From the NCBI GenBank assembly GCA_963767835.1, contig CAVYFY010000029.1, forward strand, positions 40,871 through 104,870: a stretch of 64,000 bases of DNA. Reading direction: 5' to 3'. This DNA is from an uncultured Planctomycetota bacterium (GTDB lineage: Bacteria > Planctomycetota > Planctomycetia > Gemmatales > Gemmataceae). The position numbers and the translations under genes were made by a program. Positions 1 to 9,109 of the stretch are shown here, one piece after another (positions within the stretch are counted from its first letter, which is position 1; the number at the start of each line of letters is the position of its first letter). The notes under the pieces were generated by a model. That model had not been told where the DNA came from, did no database searches, and saw only the letters and a program-made list of their open reading frames with translations.

Positions 1-784
1 CCACGGCGCCACCTGCGAACCCGACCGCCCGCACCCGCTCGGCTGGAAACGCTCCATCCCCAAGGAGAATCACGCCAAGGGGGAATTCGAATGGAACCAT
101 TATCGCGTCGAAGCCAACGACGGCGTCATCAAGCTCGCCGTCAACGGCAAGTTCGTCTCGATGGTCAGCAAATGCAACCCGCGCAAGGGCTATCTCGGCC
201 TCGAATCCGAAGGCTCCGAGTGCCGGTTCAAGAACCTCAAGATCAAGGAGTTGCCGAGCACGAATCCGAAGAAGGAAGAGATTTGCGATTTGGACAAGGG
301 ATTCAAGAATATGTACACCGGCCTCGATCTATCCGGATGGAAAACGGATGAGAACACAAAGACGCACTGGCAGCCGCGAGACACGGTGCTCCACTGCGAG
401 GGCGGTACGGCTCTCAAGAGCGCTGAGGGGTACGGCGACGGGGAGTTCAGCGCCGACTTCCGATTTCCGATCAAGGACGCAAAGCCGTGTACAATCATTG
501 CTCGCGAAGGCAACGGCGACCGGATGAAGCTGTCAATCAGTCCCGCCGGGCATCTGAAATGGGGCGTTGTCGGGTCCATCGAAGTAGAAGCGGACGTTGT
601 TTTCAAGCCCGGCCAATGGAACCGATTCCGTGCATCAACAAAGAATCAGGTTCTGACCATGACCGTCAACGACCGAGAGCTGAATAGTTCCAGCTGGGCG
701 GGCTTGCCAAACACGGGCGCATTCGTCTTGCATCCGGAAGGCAGCATGGATTTTGCCAACCTGTTTGTGCGTGGATTGAAGTGA
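1..784 (+). CDS. DUF1080 (3-keto-disaccharide hydrolase-like, LamG fold) domain protein, 5'-partial
   Basis: The open frame from the window edge translates to EWNHYRVEANDGVIKLAVNGKFV...GYLGLESEGSECRFKNLKIKEL, a duplicated DUF1080 signature. Stop at 784. Confidence 0.7.
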   Translation, partial: HGATCEPDRPHPLGWKRSIPKENHAKGEFEWNHYRVEANDGVIKLAVNGKFVSMVSKCNPRKGYLGLESEGSECRFKNLKIKELPSTNPKKEEICDLDKGFKNMYTGLDLSGWKTDENTKTHWQPRDTVLHCEGGTALKSAEGYGDGEFSADFRFPIKDAKPCTIIAREGNGDRMKLSISPAGHLKWGVVGSIEVEADVVFKPGQWNRFRASTKNQVLTMTVNDRELNSSSWAGLPNTGAFVLHPEGSMDFANLFVRGLK

Positions 785-838
785 CCTGAGCACGCGGCGC
801 GAGCATGCGGCACTTGCTTGCGCCGCCGCGCGCTCCTT

Positions 839-1661
839 TCAAAGCGCCTTGCGTGTGAATTGCTTTTCGTCGAAGGTGGGATTCAGCTCGATGTCGCGGA
901 AGTAGTATTCGGCGATGAGGTTGCCGTCGGCGTCGATCAGTTCCGAGCCAACTTGCATGAGCGTGTCGCAATCGATCCAGATGGTGAGCTTGTTGATGCG
1001 GTCTTGTTCCGGTGGGTCGTACGGCGATGCGCACCAATTTGTAGCACGGGCGGTCGCCGACCTTGGCCAGCTTTTCAATTCCCGCGTAAGTGATGTTCAG
1101 CGTGCCCTTCTCATAGGCGGCCTTCATGCTGCGGATCGTCGAGATCATGCCCGCCTTGATGCCGAACTGCGTGATCGGAAATCGGCTTGTCGCCTTGGCA
1201 TCGGGGGCATCGATCGGCCGGGCCAAGGTGACTCCGAGTGGGACGCCATTGAACGCCGAAGCGGCCAGCAGCTTGCCCCCGTTCTCGCCCTCGACGTACA
1301 TCGATTTGACGCAGAATTCGGCGCCTTCAAGCCAAACCATGTGGACGCTAAACGGCTTGGCCCGGAAATTGACAACGAGCTTCTCCGGGTCACGCAAGTT
1401 GCCCTGCACACACTCCTGCTTGACGAAATGGCAACGATAGCCGTGCGTGACTTTCTTGTCGTATTCGGCAAGGCAGTATTCCAGGAATTCGACCGGCTTG
1501 GCTTTCACGAGTTCCTCATTGCTGAGCTTTTCCACCTTGTCCCGCGGCGCAGCGTTGTCAACCGGAACGTCATACGGCGTCGGCGTCGAATCTCGCAGCA
1601 GCGGATAGAAGGCCAATGGGGATGCCAGCAGCACGCCAAACAACACAATCTTCTGAATCAT
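839..1661 (-). CDS. DUF1571 domain protein with N-terminal signal/TM; apparent 1-nt frameshift near 1030-1045
   Basis: ORF 666..1661 N-terminus (MIQKIVLFGVLLASPLAF...AKVGDRPCYKLVRIA) continues in another frame as ORF 839..1078 (PYDPPEQDRINKLTIWIDCDTLMQVG...FRDIELNPTFDEKQF), the typical DUF1571 C-terminus. Confidence 0.6.
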
Positions 1662-1932
1662 GATCCGATCCTCGGGTAAGCTCGCTCCGTGATTGAGTAA
1701 TAATCTATCGGCACAAGCCGAGCGAGGGCAAGTACAAAGCGTCTTCGCCCGAATTCATGAGTAGAGTGCAAGGAAAATCAGCGGATTGGGGCGAAAGCGG
1801 CGAAATGGTCCGCGGCGGCATCATATTCGGAAAATATCACCCACACCACCCATTTTACCGTTGCAATCGACCTTTTATTGTGGCAATCTGGTGAAACAGC
1901 GCGGAATTTTCGTTGCATATTCGAGGATTGCC

Positions 1933-2529
1933 ATGAGATTCGCTTTGGCTGCCTGTGTCGCGTTCATGCTTGCCGGGCCGACTCCGGCTTTCGCGCAATG
2001 GTGCTATGTCGGACCGGCTTGTTGCCCCATGCCTTGCATCACCTACGAAATGCGTGCCATAACTTGTTATCGCACCGAATGGCGCGCGGAGATGGTGCCG
2101 TGCGTGGTGCAGAAGGTTAGCTACCGCCAGGAAGTCATTCCGGTGAGGACGAGCGTCTGGGTGCCGCAAGAGTACGATCAGCAGGTACGGCGTTCCTACT
2201 ATGTGCCGATGCCGCGTGTGGTGGAGCGTGACGTGGCGGCGTGGACGTGGGCGCCGGTGATGGTTTTCGATCCATGTTCGTGCTGTTGCGTGGTGAGTTG
2301 GTGCCCGCAGTTGACAACGACGCGGGTGCGCTGCGTGGCATATGATTATCGGCTGGAGGAACGCGTGGAAACGGTCCGCATGTGCCGCTGGGTGCAGCAG
2401 GAGGCGGTGGTCAATCAGGTGCGCTGCATTCCGGTGGTCACACAGGAACAGAGCTGGACGGTGCGACCATATTGCGTCACGGTTCCGTACCAGGCTTACG
2501 TCTGCGTCCCGTGCTGGTGCGGATGGTAA
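1933..2529 (+). CDS. secreted Cys/Trp-rich repeat protein (hypothetical)
   Basis: Signal peptide MRFALAACVAFMLAGPTPAFA, then ~175 aa with 17 Cys and recurring Y-x-x-x-V / VP / CxxxxC motifs. Strong coding bias in this frame. Confidence 0.55.
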   Translation: MRFALAACVAFMLAGPTPAFAQWCYVGPACCPMPCITYEMRAITCYRTEWRAEMVPCVVQKVSYRQEVIPVRTSVWVPQEYDQQVRRSYYVPMPRVVERDVAAWTWAPVMVFDPCSCCCVVSWCPQLTTTRVRCVAYDYRLEERVETVRMCRWVQQEAVVNQVRCIPVVTQEQSWTVRPYCVTVPYQAYVCVPCWCGW

Positions 2530-3678
2530 TCACGCCGCTCGGCGCTGTTCCGGCTTCTTCGTCACCGCGGCGACGAATCCGAATAGCTCGTCCTCGAAGC
2601 GTTCGGTTCGGAAGCGCAGGGCGTGCTCGCGCAAGCGCTGCGGCTCAAAGAAATCGCGTTCGCGCTCGAATTGCTCCATCGCCGCCGTCAGGCAATCGAC
2701 GGTCTGTTCCGGAAACCACATGCCGGTCGCCGTGGCGCGGGGCCAGGGAACGACGGTTTCGGTCGCGCCGCCCTGAGCGTAAGCGATAACCGGAGCGCCG
2801 CACGCTTGCGCCTCGACCGGCACGATGCCGAAATCCTCCTCGCCCGGAAACAGCAACGCCGCACAGCGCCGCAAATGATCGCGCAGCACCTCGTCGGGTT
2901 GCCAGCCGATAAACTGGATGCGCTCGTCGGCGAAGCGGCGTAGCTTGTTCTCGTCCTGCCCCGAGCCGATCACGACTAGCCGCCGGCTCAGCGCCCGGCA
3001 AGCGTCAATCGCCAGGTCGAGTCGTTTGTACGGCGCGAAGGCGGACAAAATCAAATAATAATCCTCGCGTGGCACTTCAGCCGGGCAATAGAAATCCGTA
3101 TCGACCGGCGGATGAATAACGACGGCATCACGGCCGTAGCAATCGAGGATGCGGCGGCGGACGACTTCGCTGTTGGCGATGAAATGCGTCACGGTCTCGG
3201 CGGTGCGGCGGTCCCATTCGCGCAGCCGGGCCAGGATTTTGTTGGCCAGCCAGCGTTTCGGCCCACTCCAGCCGCGCTCGTGAAAATAGGCGTCCTGCAT
3301 GTGCCAGGCATAACGCATCGGCGTATGGCAGTAGCATAGGTGCAACGCGCCCGGCGGCGGCGCCACCCCCTTGGCGACGCAATGGCTCGAACTGAAAACG
3401 ACATCGCAATCCGGCAGCTTCCAGCCCACCGCCGCCGGCATCAACGGCAGCGTGTGCCGATAGTAGCGATCAATCCACGGCAGCTTCTGCAACGCGCTCG
3501 TCACGATCGGCCGATCCTCGATCGCCTTGCTCACCGAGCCGCGCTGGTGGATCAGCGTGTACAGCGGAGCGGTCGGCCAGCGCCGGCACAGCACCTCCAG
3601 CACCTTCTCGCCGCCGCGCATGCCCGTCAGCCAATCGTGAACTAAAACCACGCGCAAATTGGCATCCATGCATCGCAC
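2530..3678 (-). CDS. glycosyltransferase family 4 (GT-B, group 1)
   Basis: C-terminal EEDFGIVPVEAQACGAPVIAYAQGGATETV motif and N-terminal VLVHDWLTGMRGGEKV. The start may be the internal MDANL at 3669. Confidence 0.75.
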   Translation of the reverse strand: MRCMDANLRVVLVHDWLTGMRGGEKVLEVLCRRWPTAPLYTLIHQRGSVSKAIEDRPIVTSALQKLPWIDRYYRHTLPLMPAAVGWKLPDCDVVFSSSHCVAKGVAPPPGALHLCYCHTPMRYAWHMQDAYFHERGWSGPKRWLANKILARLREWDRRTAETVTHFIANSEVVRRRILDCYGRDAVVIHPPVDTDFYCPAEVPREDYYLILSAFAPYKRLDLAIDACRALSRRLVVIGSGQDENKLRRFADERIQFIGWQPDEVLRDHLRRCAALLFPGEEDFGIVPVEAQACGAPVIAYAQGGATETVVPWPRATATGMWFPEQTVDCLTAAMEQFERERDFFEPQRLREHALRFRTERFEDELFGFVAAVTKKPEQRRAA

Positions 3679-3896
3679 CCTCGGCCGCCTCGGTTTAGTG
3701 TTCGCATGGCGCCATGCGAACGCTAAACGAAGATGGACGTGGACTTTACCGCGCCGGTCGATTTTGGCCTAGACGAACTTGCTTCCCGCGCTGAATTCGC
3801 TTTGACTCTGCCGCCGCCGCGAATACACCATGAAGAATTACTGGAAGAGTTCACCGTATCGGCTTTTCCGTCCCTAACTTTTTTCATCGGACTGCC

Positions 3897-4769
3897 ATGA
3901 ATACCACGATCCGCATCACCGCGTGCCTGTTGCTCCTTGTCGGCTTCACCACAACAAACGTCGCCGCCCAGGAGAAGATTGAATCGAAGGTTACTATCCT
4001 CGTTCCCCACATCGAACTCTATAAGGCGACCATCGTCAAGGTCAACGGCAAGCAAATCGACGGCGAAGGGGGCACGCGAACCTACAGGATCGCGCTCGAA
4101 AAAGGCAAAGAAATCAAGCTCGCTATCGAAGCGAAGTTTGAGCCGAACAACTATACGACGATCACGCGCAGGAAGGAAATCACGATCAAGGGTGGCGAGC
4201 ACGAGAGCGTGAAAATCGATATGAACCACGAGCAGGGGTTCGACGAATTGACCAAAGCCGACGAGATCACGGTCCGCTACTACCCGACCCCCGACGACAT
4301 TGTGGACGAGATGGCCAAGCTCGCCAAGATCGGCAAGAACGACGTGGTTTACGACCTGGGCTGCGGCGATTGCCGAATGTTGATCCGCCCGATCGAGAAG
4401 TTCGGCGCAAAGCGCGGCGTGGGGATCGAGTACGATCCCAAAGTGATGAAGGAGGATGCCATACCGAACGTCAAGAAGCACAAGCTCGAGGACAAGATCG
4501 AGGTTCGGCAAGGGGACATGCTCAAGCTCCAACCAAAGGATCTGGAGGATGCGACCGTGGTAATGCTTTATATCGGCGACGATCTGGGCAAGCGCGTCGC
4601 GCCCGTGCTGAAAAATTCCCTCAAACCGGGCTCGCGCATCGTGTCGCACCGATTCTCGCTGGGGGATTGGAAGGCGGACAAGGAATTGAAGATTACGGGC
4701 GCCGACGGCGACAATTACCACCTGCTTCTGTGGATCGTTCCCGAAAAGAAGATCGAGAAAAGCAAGTAG
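3897..4769 (+). CDS. exported class I SAM-dependent methyltransferase with novel N-terminal domain
   Basis: Signal peptide MNTTIRITACLLLLVGFTTTNVAA-QE. Motif I VVYDLGCGDCRMLI, then GIEYDP and VRQGDML motifs. Confidence 0.7.
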   Translation: MNTTIRITACLLLLVGFTTTNVAAQEKIESKVTILVPHIELYKATIVKVNGKQIDGEGGTRTYRIALEKGKEIKLAIEAKFEPNNYTTITRRKEITIKGGEHESVKIDMNHEQGFDELTKADEITVRYYPTPDDIVDEMAKLAKIGKNDVVYDLGCGDCRMLIRPIEKFGAKRGVGIEYDPKVMKEDAIPNVKKHKLEDKIEVRQGDMLKLQPKDLEDATVVMLYIGDDLGKRVAPVLKNSLKPGSRIVSHRFSLGDWKADKELKITGADGDNYHLLLWIVPEKKIEKSK

Positions 4770-4808
4770 TGGATGTGGCTTAGCAACGTAGGGAATAAGT
4801 TTCCGGAT

Positions 4809-4870
4809 TTCGTAGTGCGGCCCTCAGCCCGTCTTGTGGCCGCACACGGGCTGAAGCCCGCACTACGAAG
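4809..4870. terminator. long imperfect hairpin (about 24 bp stem, 13 nt loop) between convergent genes
   Basis: ttcgtagtgcggccctcagcccgt ... acgggctgaagcccgcactacgaag inverted repeat seen directly. No T-tract follows, as is common in high-GC genomes. Confidence 0.4.
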
Positions 4871-5163
4871 ACGGCATCTGGAAGATTTCTTCGAGCGACA
4901 ATTGACACCCGCAAGTGGTAGGCTAATTATTTCACTACTAATATCATTGCCAGCGCAGTAAACAAATCTTCACGCGCCCGCAATTCTTTCTTGTTTTGTC
5001 CACTTCCTCTAACCGTTGCAATACGATGCGAAAAGCGCGAAATCGTCGATTTTGGCTCAAGTCCGCCAAGGGCTTGCGTTGACACCCCGGCGAGATCGAC
5101 GTAGACTTCCCCCAGAATCAATGATCCGCGCTGGTTAGCGACCCCATTATTCAGGATTTCGCG

Positions 5164-5901
5164 ATGCCGTTCCTCGACCTTGCCTGGCAAACGTTCCGTC
5201 CGGAAGAAGGATTCTACACGACGGAAGTTCAGACGCCGCGCCCGTTGCCGATCCGCACGTTCGCGCCGATCGGCTATGAGCCGCGCTATGCGTATCCGTT
5301 GATCGTGTTCCTGCACGGGCATGGAGGTAATGAGGAGCAAATCCTTCGGTTGGCGCCGCGTGTCAGCCGGCGCAATTACGTTTCCATCGGCCTGCGCGGC
5401 CCGGTCTGTCTCGGCCCCAACCGCAAGGGCTCGCTCGGCTTCTCCTGGGGGGACGCGAGCCATTTGGGCCTGATCGAGGATTATCTGTTGGGGGCGATCA
5501 CTGAGACGCGGCGGCATTATCACATTCATTCCGAGCGAATCTTCCTTGCCGGTTTTGCCGAGGGCGCCACGCTTGCGTATCGCATGGGTATGCTGTTTCC
5601 GGAAAAGCTCGGCGGCGTGATCGCCTTGAACGGCGCCATGCCGCGCGAGGATCGGCCGTTGTTGCGTTTGCCGGAAACGCGGGGCTTGCGTGTTTTCATC
5701 GGGCACGGCATCGCGAATTCAATTGTGCCGGCGACCCTGGTGCGTGCGGACCGCCGGTTGCTGTGGACGGCGGGCATCGACGTGGACATGAAGACCTATC
5801 CGACCAACCACCGCCTGCACGCCGACATGCTGCGCGACATCAATCGCTGGATCATCCGCCACTGCACCGGCGACCCCACGCCCGGCAATGAGCCGGGATG
5901 A
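5164..5901 (+). CDS. alpha/beta hydrolase of the phospholipase/carboxylesterase (PF02230-like) family with substituted catalytic triad
   Basis: LIVFLHGHGGNEE and the nucleophile elbow GFAEGA, where the family has GFSQG. HGIANSIVP replaces the family's HG..D..VP. Confidence 0.65.
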   Translation: MPFLDLAWQTFRPEEGFYTTEVQTPRPLPIRTFAPIGYEPRYAYPLIVFLHGHGGNEEQILRLAPRVSRRNYVSIGLRGPVCLGPNRKGSLGFSWGDASHLGLIEDYLLGAITETRRHYHIHSERIFLAGFAEGATLAYRMGMLFPEKLGGVIALNGAMPREDRPLLRLPETRGLRVFIGHGIANSIVPATLVRADRRLLWTAGIDVDMKTYPTNHRLHADMLRDINRWIIRHCTGDPTPGNEPG

Positions 5902-5920
5902 ACCCCCAGGAACGCTGCGC

Positions 5921-6868
5921 TCATCCTTGGGCTTCGCCGAACCTCACCTCTTCCCTGTTCCATTGCGGCGGCTCCATTCCTTCGCTGCGTACACATTGCA
6001 ACATCAACTCCGCCAGATTGCCGCGACACAGTTGCCGCAGCCCGATGTAGGATGTCGTCAAGCGCGAGTTAATCTCGATGGCGTAATCGTCGCCGTTCTT
6101 GCCGAGCACCAGATCGACGCCGAGGTAGCCTTGCAAGCCATCGATCCCCGCCACCGCCGCCAGCGCCAGCGCCGTCGCGCGCTCCGCCAAGTCGGGCGGC
6201 AGGGGGAGCGAGCCACCCTGATAGCGAAATCGGCCATCCTGCGAAAGATGTTGCCGGGCCGGCATGAGCGGAATCGTCTGGCGTGGACCGATCAACAGCG
6301 CGACGCTCGCTGGCTGGCCGCGCTCATATTCCTGGATAACGAATTCTCGTGGGGACAGGCTTTCCAGCCTGTCCGCGTCGGCGCCAAAATGGACAGGCTG
6401 GAAAGCCTGTCCCCACTGGATGAGGAACGTCGCTAGCGAACCGGCGCCGCAGCGCGGTTTCATCACCCAGGGCGGCGGAAACGACGCGAAGTACTCCGGA
6501 TCAAACGATTCGGTGCGCGGATGCCGCACGCCGCGTTCGTGCCAGAACGCGGCCGTCGCCAGCTTGTCGCCGGTGAGCGCGATCGCAGTCGGTTGCGAGC
6601 CGAGCAAACGCCCGCCGACATCGAGCACCGTCTGGCTCAGGCCGCGCAAATGATCGTCGAATTCCGGGGCGATCACGAGCGTCCAGTCGCAACGCGCCGC
6701 CGTTTCGCGGAATTGGGAATGCGGTGCCGTCACGAACTCGATATCGGGCAGCCGGCGAAAATCGCCGCTCACGGCTTCGAGCATGGCCCGGCCTTCGCGC
6801 AAGAGCGATTCGGGCACATCGCGTCCGAGGCCGCCGGCGGTGACATGTTCGTAAACGAAGACGCGCAT
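5921..6868 (-). CDS. ATP-grasp domain protein carrying an in-frame palindromic insert
   Basis: ATP-grasp-like motifs (VMKPRCGAGSLATF, EYERGQPASVALL, GVDLVLGKNGDDYAIEINSRLT). Start taken at the internal MRVFVYEH. Confidence 0.6.
   Translation of the reverse strand: MRVFVYEHVTAGGLGRDVPESLLREGRAMLEAVSGDFRRLPDIEFVTAPHSQFRETAARCDWTLVIAPEFDDHLRGLSQTVLDVGGRLLGSQPTAIALTGDKLATAAFWHERGVRHPRTESFDPEYFASFPPPWVMKPRCGAGSLATFLIQWGQAFQPVHFGADADRLESLSPREFVIQEYERGQPASVALLIGPRQTIPLMPARQHLSQDGRFRYQGGSLPLPPDLAERATALALAAVAGIDGLQGYLGVDLVLGKNGDDYAIEINSRLTTSYIGLRQLCRGNLAELMLQCVRSEGMEPPQWNREEVRFGEAQG
6351..6414. repeat. R2 palindromic repeat pair (ggggacaggctttccagcctgtcc / inverted copy), in frame inside the ATP-grasp CDS
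   Basis: Two 24-bp self-complementary units in inverted orientation with a 16-bp spacer. They encode WGQAFQPVHFGADADRLESLSP. Confidence 0.8.
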
Positions 6869-6905
6869 CTCTTTCACAAACCCCGAAATCCGTGATAATG
6901 AGAAT

Positions 6906-8999
6906 ATGTCCCACCACGACATCCTAGGCCCCGATGGCGCGATCGCCCGGCGTCTGCTCAATTACGAGCCGCGTGCCGAGCAATTGCGCATGGCCGATGC
7001 GGTAGCCGATGCTCTGCGCACTCCGGGGCATCTCATGGTCGAAGCGGGGACTGGCGTCGGCAAGAGCTTCGCGTATCTGGTGCCCGCGATTCAGGCTGCC
7101 TGTGCCGCGACCGACGGGCGCGTCGTTGTCTCGACGCACACCATTGGCCTGCAGGAACAGCTCATCCGCAAGGACATTCCGTTCCTGCAAAGCGTCATGC
7201 CGGAGAAATTCGCCGCGCTGCTTGTGAAGGGCCGCGGCAACTACGTCAGCAAGCGCCGGCTTAAAGTCGCACATCAACGCAGCAATTCGCTGCTCACCGA
7301 AGTGGGGGCGTTCGAGCAACTCGATACGCTCATGGCCTGGGCGGAGAACACGAAGGACGGCAGCCGCAGCGATCTCGCTTTTCGCCCGCTCGCCCCGGTC
7401 TGGGAACTTGTGGAGAGCGATTCGAGCAATTGCCTGGGCAAGAAATGCCCCGAGTATGCCGATTGCTTTTACTTCAAGGCCCGCGCCAACATCCAGAAGG
7501 CGAAGGTGCTCGTCGTCAATCACGCCCTGTTCTTCGCCGATCTGCAATTGCGCTCGCTCAATCCCGAAGTCGGCATCTTGCCGAAGTATCAGGCCGTCAT
7601 TTTCGACGAAGCCCACACGCTGGAGGACGTCGCTGCCGAGCATCTCGGGCTGTCGATCACGCGCGGGCAGGCAGACTGGCTGCTCAATCGCCTGTACCTG
7701 GAGCGGCGGGGCAAAGAAGTCGGGTTGCTCAAGGTGCACGGTGTCGCAGCCGATTGGCGGCAGGTGCATTACACGCGCACCGTCACGCATCAATTCTTCA
7801 ACAGCATTCTCGACTGGCGCCGCGAATACGAATTCAAGGCGAAGCGGATTTCCAACAGCGATTCGCTGCGGGTGCGCGAGCCGGAGATTGTCGCCGACAC
7901 GCTGTCCGCGGAATTCAAGAAGCTCTCGGACGTGCTCGGCAAGATCGCGGACACCGTCAAGGATGACAAGGAGCAAATCGAGCTGGAATCGGCGTCATAC
8001 CGCTGCGAGTCGCTGGCCGCTGATCTGGATGCCTGGCTGAAGCAAAAATTGCCGGGCCAGGTTTATTGGATCGAGGGCTCCGGCGAACGTGGCGATCAGC
8101 TTAAGCTCGCGAGCGCGCCGATCGAGGTGGGGCCAATCTTGCGCGAGAAGATTTTCAATCGCATTCCGACCGCGATCCTGACCAGCGCCACCCTCAGCGT
8201 CGGCGGATCGGCCCCATTCGATTTTTTCAAGGAACGGCTTGGCTTCCCCGACGACTCCCCCAATGAGCCCGAAGCGCAAAGCGAGGGCGCAACAACCTCC
8301 CTCGCTTTGCGCTTCGGGCTCAGTCCGGGTGGGCCGACAGGAAAATCGGCCCCCACGATCCAGCTCGGCAGCCCCTTCGATTATCGCCGGCAGGCCGAAT
8401 TGCACCTGTTCCGCGACATGCCCGACCCGACCGCCGATCCGCGGGCGTTCGAGGATGCCTGCTTGGCCAAAATCCAGGAGTACGTGCGGCGAACGCAAGG
8501 GCGAGCGTTCGTCTTGTTCACGAGCAACCAGACGCTGCAACGCGCCGCCCACAAGCTGCGCGATTGGCTTGATGCCGAAGGCTTGACGCTCATCAGCCAA
8601 AGCGACGGCACGCCCGCCAATCGGATGCTGGAGCATTTCCGCGCGGCCGACGGCGCCGTGCTGTTCGGCGTCGATAGCTTTTGGCAAGGCGTCGATGTGC
8701 AAGGCGAGGCGTTGTCGAACGTGATCATCACAAAGCTGCCGTTCACGCCGCCGGACCGTCCGCTGGTCGAAGCCCGCTGCGAGGCGATCGCGGAGCGCGG
8801 CGGCCAGCCGTTCCCCGATTATACGTTGCCGCAAGCGATTTTGAAGTTGAAGCAAGGCTTCGGCCGCTTGATCCGCACGAGGAGCGACACGGGCCTCGTG
8901 GCGATCCTGGACCCGCGCATGATGACGAAGCAATACGGCCGGCGATTTCTCGAAGCGCTGCCGGGCTGTCGGCGGTTCGTGGATGGAGTGGAGTTGTAA
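6906..8999 (+). CDS. dinG: ATP-dependent DNA helicase, DinG/Rad3 (XPD) family
   Basis: Walker A GTGVGKSF, DEAH-like VIFDEAHTLED, and the C-terminal motif region TSATL...FWQGVDVQGEALSNVIITKLPF. Confidence 0.8.
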   Translation: MSHHDILGPDGAIARRLLNYEPRAEQLRMADAVADALRTPGHLMVEAGTGVGKSFAYLVPAIQAACAATDGRVVVSTHTIGLQEQLIRKDIPFLQSVMPEKFAALLVKGRGNYVSKRRLKVAHQRSNSLLTEVGAFEQLDTLMAWAENTKDGSRSDLAFRPLAPVWELVESDSSNCLGKKCPEYADCFYFKARANIQKAKVLVVNHALFFADLQLRSLNPEVGILPKYQAVIFDEAHTLEDVAAEHLGLSITRGQADWLLNRLYLERRGKEVGLLKVHGVAADWRQVHYTRTVTHQFFNSILDWRREYEFKAKRISNSDSLRVREPEIVADTLSAEFKKLSDVLGKIADTVKDDKEQIELESASYRCESLAADLDAWLKQKLPGQVYWIEGSGERGDQLKLASAPIEVGPILREKIFNRIPTAILTSATLSVGGSAPFDFFKERLGFPDDSPNEPEAQSEGATTSLALRFGLSPGGPTGKSAPTIQLGSPFDYRRQAELHLFRDMPDPTADPRAFEDACLAKIQEYVRRTQGRAFVLFTSNQTLQRAAHKLRDWLDAEGLTLISQSDGTPANRMLEHFRAADGAVLFGVDSFWQGVDVQGEALSNVIITKLPFTPPDRPLVEARCEAIAERGGQPFPDYTLPQAILKLKQGFGRLIRTRSDTGLVAILDPRMMTKQYGRRFLEALPGCRRFVDGVEL
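8265..8321. repeat. perfect 23-bp inverted repeat with 11-nt loop, in frame inside dinG
   Basis: gagcccgaagcgcaaagcgaggg cgcaacaacct ccctcgctttgcgcttcgggctc. It encodes EPEAQSEGATTSLALRFGL. Confidence 0.8.
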
Positions 9000-9109
9000 A
9001 TACTACCAGGCTGAGTCGCCAGATTTGAAGTTGTGCATTTGTCTTTGCACCAATGGCACGCAACCAACCAGCCCCAGGGATTCGGCGTACCTCACCCCAG
9101 AGCTTGCAG

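Noticed and set aside
4927-5706. 259-aa ORF on the minus strand
   Set aside because: It is entirely antisense to the well-supported alpha/beta hydrolase gene 5164..5901. It has an Arg/Ala-rich composition typical of GC-rich shadow ORFs and no motifs.
7995-8933. 312-aa minus-strand ORF inside dinG, and the similar 11302..11679 ORF
   Set aside because: These are shadow frames of dinG and of the dinG fragment. Their shared MLRHHARVQDRH start merely reflects the duplicated nucleotide sequence.
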